Shown in pieces: positions 60,171 to 64,000 of a stretch of 64,000 nucleotides of DNA. The DNA comes from the human T2T-CHM13v2.0 reference genome, Homo sapiens. The DNA lies in assembly GCF_009914755.1 (NCBI RefSeq), contig NC_060934.1. One strand, 5' to 3'. Below the pieces are notes generated by a model that saw only the letters and a list, made by a program, of their open reading frames with translations, had not been told where the DNA came from and did no database searches. Each line of letters begins with the position of its first letter. Within the stretch, counting starts at the first letter, position 1. The position numbers and the translations under genes are program-made.

Positions 60171-61000
60171 CTCGGCCTTGTTCGGGGTCCCGGCCGGGGC
60201 GGCTCGGGCCGCGGGGACCCAGCCCGCGGGCAGCTCGGGCGCCGGACGGCGCGGGCAGGCAGCGGCGGGTGGAAAGGAGGCCGCACTGGGCAGGGCGCGG
60301 GCCGGGCGCGGGGCCGATTAGCGCGGCGGCTGAGGAGGGGAGAACAGCGCGGGGCCCCGGGAAGAGGGCGCTGACGCGGGCGCCGCTGCTGCTGGGGCTT
60401 CCAGCAATCCGGGGCCGGAGCCGGGGCGCGCTGCGCGGGGCTCCAGTTTCGCCAACCCCGGTGCTATTTAAAGGTGTCAGGTGGCTCGGCAGTGGCTCCT
60501 GGCCCCGGGTCCTGGCGGCCGCAGTTGGAAGAGCCGAGGCGAGGGCGCCGATCCCGGACTGCGAGGGAGGCGGAGAGACGGGGCAATTGACTATTGCTAA
60601 CAAGTTAGCCTTGATCGCGGTGTAATCAATTATCTGCAGCGGCACTTCTTTCTCTTTCTCTCTCCTTTCTCCCTTTTTCCTCTCTTCTTTGCCTCTGTTC
60701 TCTCCTCCTGTTCTCGCTCTCCCTCCCTCCCTCTCTCTTCTCTCTTCTCTGCTCCCCCCTTCTCTCTCCTTCTCTCCCTCTCCCTCGCCCTCTCTTTCAC
60801 TCTCTGTCTGTCCAATGCAGGCGGCTGTAAGTTGGGAAGCTCATTAATTAGCGGGCCGGGGGTAGGAGGAGCCGGCTGGAATTAGCCTGCCTAATGCGCC
60901 TGTCAGTCCGGGCGCTGCGCTGCGTTCGGCCCGAGCTGTTTGTAAATTACATTAGCTGCTCCTTTATTGCACCCGAACCTCGGGCGACTGAAAAGCCACC
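60171..61000. promoter_or_regulatory. LBX1: LBX1 5' leader and bidirectional CpG-island promoter region
   Basis: Very GC/CpG-rich; CT/GA tract at 60645-60810; CCAAT at 60812-60816; TAAT cluster at 60843-60955. The TSS cannot be determined from sequence alone. Confidence 0.7.
60645..60810. repeat. Polypyrimidine/polypurine tract upstream of the LBX1 ATG
   Basis: About 165 bp of nearly pure C/T on the plus strand (GA-rich on the LBX1 sense strand). Confidence 0.9.
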
Positions 61001-63055
61001 GCCCCCACCCCAAACTGCGAGCCGCGCTCCTGGCGCACCCGCCTCCCGCCGGCCTAGCTGCAATGACCGCACCGGCCCGAAGGTCTCGGTCTCTCCGACC
61101 CGGGATGTGGAGCCCGAAAGAGTGGTGGGAACCCCAGCCCGGGAGGGACGCGGCCGCCGCTCGGGCCAGGTAGGACCAGGAGCCCGGGTGGGCCCCGCTG
61201 CCACCCAGAGTGGACTTTGCGGAGCTGAGATCAAGAGCCCAGCGCCTCTACCTCTGACCCTCTTGCCCCTCACCCCACTGCCTGGGCGACGCGCCTGGGG
61301 AGAGGGAATCTGAAGCCCTCCTGCGCTGGCCCGCAGGAGGTCAGAGCCGGCTGCGCAGCCTTGGGTGGGCGACGCGGGAAGGGGGTGGAGGACCCCAGGG
61401 GTTGGGGGAGGGGGCTAGTCGGAGAGCTCAGCCTTCTCCACGCGGAGAGGCGGAGGAGGGAATTGTTGGCGGCTCTGGACGCCTCTCCCCGGCCTGATTC
61501 CGAAGCGGCCGCCCTACCTCCTCCGGCAATCTTGCTCACTTTCCTCCGGCAGCCGCTCCCCAGGCTGGCTGGGGCCACCAACGGCCTGATGATGGGCGTC
61601 TGAAGAGTAGCCAGGCCAGGTGCCGGGGCTAACGGGGCCGGCTCCGTGCCTCCCTGCTGCGCTCCGCCCGGGCCCCGGCCGGGGCCCCGCTGCCGGCCCC
61701 GCCTAGCCCAGCGCCCGGCTTGAGTGCATGGCCAGGCCGACTCCAGCTGTTCCGGATGCGGGGCGGGGGCCCGGCGGGAGCCAGGCCGCGGCTGGGGCTT
61801 TGCTCTCAGGAACTCGCAGGGAGGCCAGGCTTCCAGTTAGGCTGGGGCTAAAGACCTTAGGGCCCGGGATCTGTGAATATCGGGAGAACATGTTGTGTGC
61901 ATTGTTACTTGAAGGTGTTTGTGTTTTTGAATGTGTGTTTGTGTGTGTTTCTCCATGCGTATATTTGTGTAAATGTGTGTGAACCTGTGGGTATATAGGT
62001 GTGTTTGAACTCAGCTATTTCTTTCATTTCCCTGAGGCATTCCAGCAGGGCTGTGCCCTCAGGCCTTCCTGTCTTGCTACCCCATTCTGTTTATGTGGGG
62101 CCACTGGCCTCCTTACTAATTTTCCATTTCTGCCCTTGGAGAAAGGAGGGGAGGACCTAGAGGGGGTTGGAGTCCAGGGAGAAGGGCTGTTCCCCTCCCA
62201 CACACACACAGCCCTGGCCCTGGCTTTGTTTGTAAACTCCTGGGTGGGCGGTGAGGTTGGGCATTGGGCAGCACCGCTTGGACCAGAAAAGGGCCCAGAG
62301 AGGCCAAAGTGAGGATTTGTGGCCCAGGCCAAGGGTTGGAATGGGAAGATTAGGATTTCTTGCCCCCTCTCCCCTCATATCTAACCCCAGAGAGGGAGTG
62401 AGCTAAGCTGGGCTCCGGGGCGGGAAGCAGGTTCTTTCTCTGGATGCCTCAGCGTAGGGGGCCTCTGCACAGCAGAGATAGGTTTCATGATCTCACCTTC
62501 AGTTGTTTGTTTGGAATTGTGGCTGGCAGCTCTCTGGGGTAAAAAGGACAGTGTAGGGAGAAAGGGTTCTTGTTTGGTGCCCCAGTTCTGTGAATGTTGG
62601 GAAGAACCCCTACCCTCTAACTCATCTTTGTCCTGCATTTTCGGGGTGGCAGTAAGCGAGTGGGGGGAAGACAAATGCTCAGAGGCAGGATTGGTGAGAA
62701 TGGGAATCACAGTTCCCTCAGAGCTGCAGACCCACTCCAGGGCAGACCTGTCTCTACTCTTCTGCGCTGCCCTGGGAGCCACGAGGTGCTGCTGGGCCTA
62801 GCAACAGAGGAGTCAGAGCCTAGAGACCAGCAGAGGCGGACCGGTGGGAGAGGGCGTTGGGGAGCTGAATCTGGGTGGCTTGGAAGCTCTGGGGCCAAGA
62901 GGGGTCAGTCCTCTCACTTCCTGCCCTCAGGATCCCATTTCAGCCTTTTCCTGCCATAACCCCAACCCCCTGACCCAGAGCCTCAGGCAAGTGAGGCTAG
63001 CAGGGAGGCAGGGAGGCCCCTCTAGATCCAGGAACAAGGACCCTTGGATCCCAAT

Positions 63056-63087
<32 letters not shown>

Positions 63088-64000
63088 TTCCTCCCATACT
63101 TCCACACCCTTCCTGTCCTCTTCAGTCTTTGCATCGCATCTGGTACTAGCCCACAGGATAGGACTTTAAGGACAAGCCAATCCCCTGCTGTTGCCCATCT
63201 CCCAGATCCTCAAGACCAGCGGAGTTCAGGGTTACTGGGAAGCTGACAGGAAGGGGAACATGAACTGGGGAGCAGAGGGGTCCCTCTGCTTGGCGTGTTC
63301 TTAATGTCTTATCCTGCTGGCTAGTACTGAGATCTTTAGTCTTCAGCCACACCATGTCAAAAGGAACACGACGTCTCACAATCATCTGCTGAGTTACCTC
63401 CACCACCAACACCAAACCTCTTCTTCCCTGGCTGACCTGTACCTGCTGTCCAATCCTATGGCTTGGCTCTTTTGACCTAATTGGTTGGCCTCTTGGTTAA
63501 ACACACTTGGGCACACCATATGGCTGGGGTGTGGAGTGCAGTGTGAGGTGCAGGGATGTGGGGAAGTCTGTGGTATCACCCTGTGTTTTGTTGTTTTGAT
63601 TCACCCAGATCCCCTTATCCAGGCCACCTTTGGAAACCAGCCCACCTGCTACACCAACCTTTTCCCAACACCGTGGTCCCACCCCTACCTTCGCTGCTGA
63701 AAAACCGCATTGTGTGGGGGTCTGGAATCTTCTGGACTCCTGGGACCCCAATCCGCTTGCCTCTTGTACCCCTCTTGCAGAGCAATGAGGTATGTTTTGG
63801 GTTTGTGTACTGACCCCTACCTGCCTCCTCTGCCAGACCTGAGGGCAGGAGCCTTCCTCTGGGTATTCCAGTTCATCTCGGACCTTCGAAGTCCTAGGAG
63901 ACACCGGGCTCCCGCTGAATATCGGTTGAATGACTTTCCATAGAGCAAATGGGGTATACATGATTGTGCAATGTGGAGGGGAATGGTTTGGGCCCCTCAG
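60950..64000 (+). ncRNA. LBX1-AS1: Probable 5' part of the divergent antisense transcript LBX1-AS1
   Basis: Established knowledge that LBX1 has a head-to-head lncRNA; the sequence shows a CpG island and a candidate donor CAG|GTAGGA at 61169/61170. Boundaries are approximate. Confidence 0.45.

Larger units (their letters stand above)
57400..61830. promoter_or_regulatory. CpG island(s) covering the LBX1 gene body and promoter
   Basis: Dense CG dinucleotides and very high GC by inspection. Confidence 0.85.

Noticed and set aside
59881-60645. 254-aa minus-strand ORF overlapping LBX1 exon 1, and 185-225 aa plus-strand ORFs over both exons
   Set aside because: Non-ATG starts, low-complexity Ala/Gly/Pro/Arg content; shadows of GC-rich coding DNA.

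Overview
Human genomic DNA, the LBX1 locus (10q24, recognised from the encoded protein). Positions ~1-46,100 are repeat-dense intergenic sequence. They hold roughly 50 Alu copies, old L1/L2/MIR/MLT fragments, a SMARCE1 (BAF57) processed pseudogene fragment joined to an L1 3' end, the 3' half of a HERV-H provirus nested in a MER41 LTR, and several solo LTRs. Positions ~46,100-64,000 are nearly transposon-free and CpG-rich. They contain TAAT-rich enhancer-like blocks, the two-exon homeobox gene LBX1 on the minus strand (281 aa) and its head-to-head upstream region. LBX1 is the only supportable protein-coding gene; nearly all other ORFs in the track are Alu- or GC-derived noise. I cannot support a new multi-gene system. 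The most unusual observations are: (i) an Alu insertion that carries, inside its target-site duplication (TSD), 54 bp copied from the flank of another Alu 12 kb away; (ii) a 3'-truncated SMARCE1 retrocopy fused to L1 through a perfect hairpin; (iii) other local copy events; (iv) a same-orientation CTCF motif pair at the edge of the transposon-free domain and a series of TAATTA sites around LBX1. Repeat subfamily names are from recalled consensus sequences and need RepeatMasker/Dfam confirmation.
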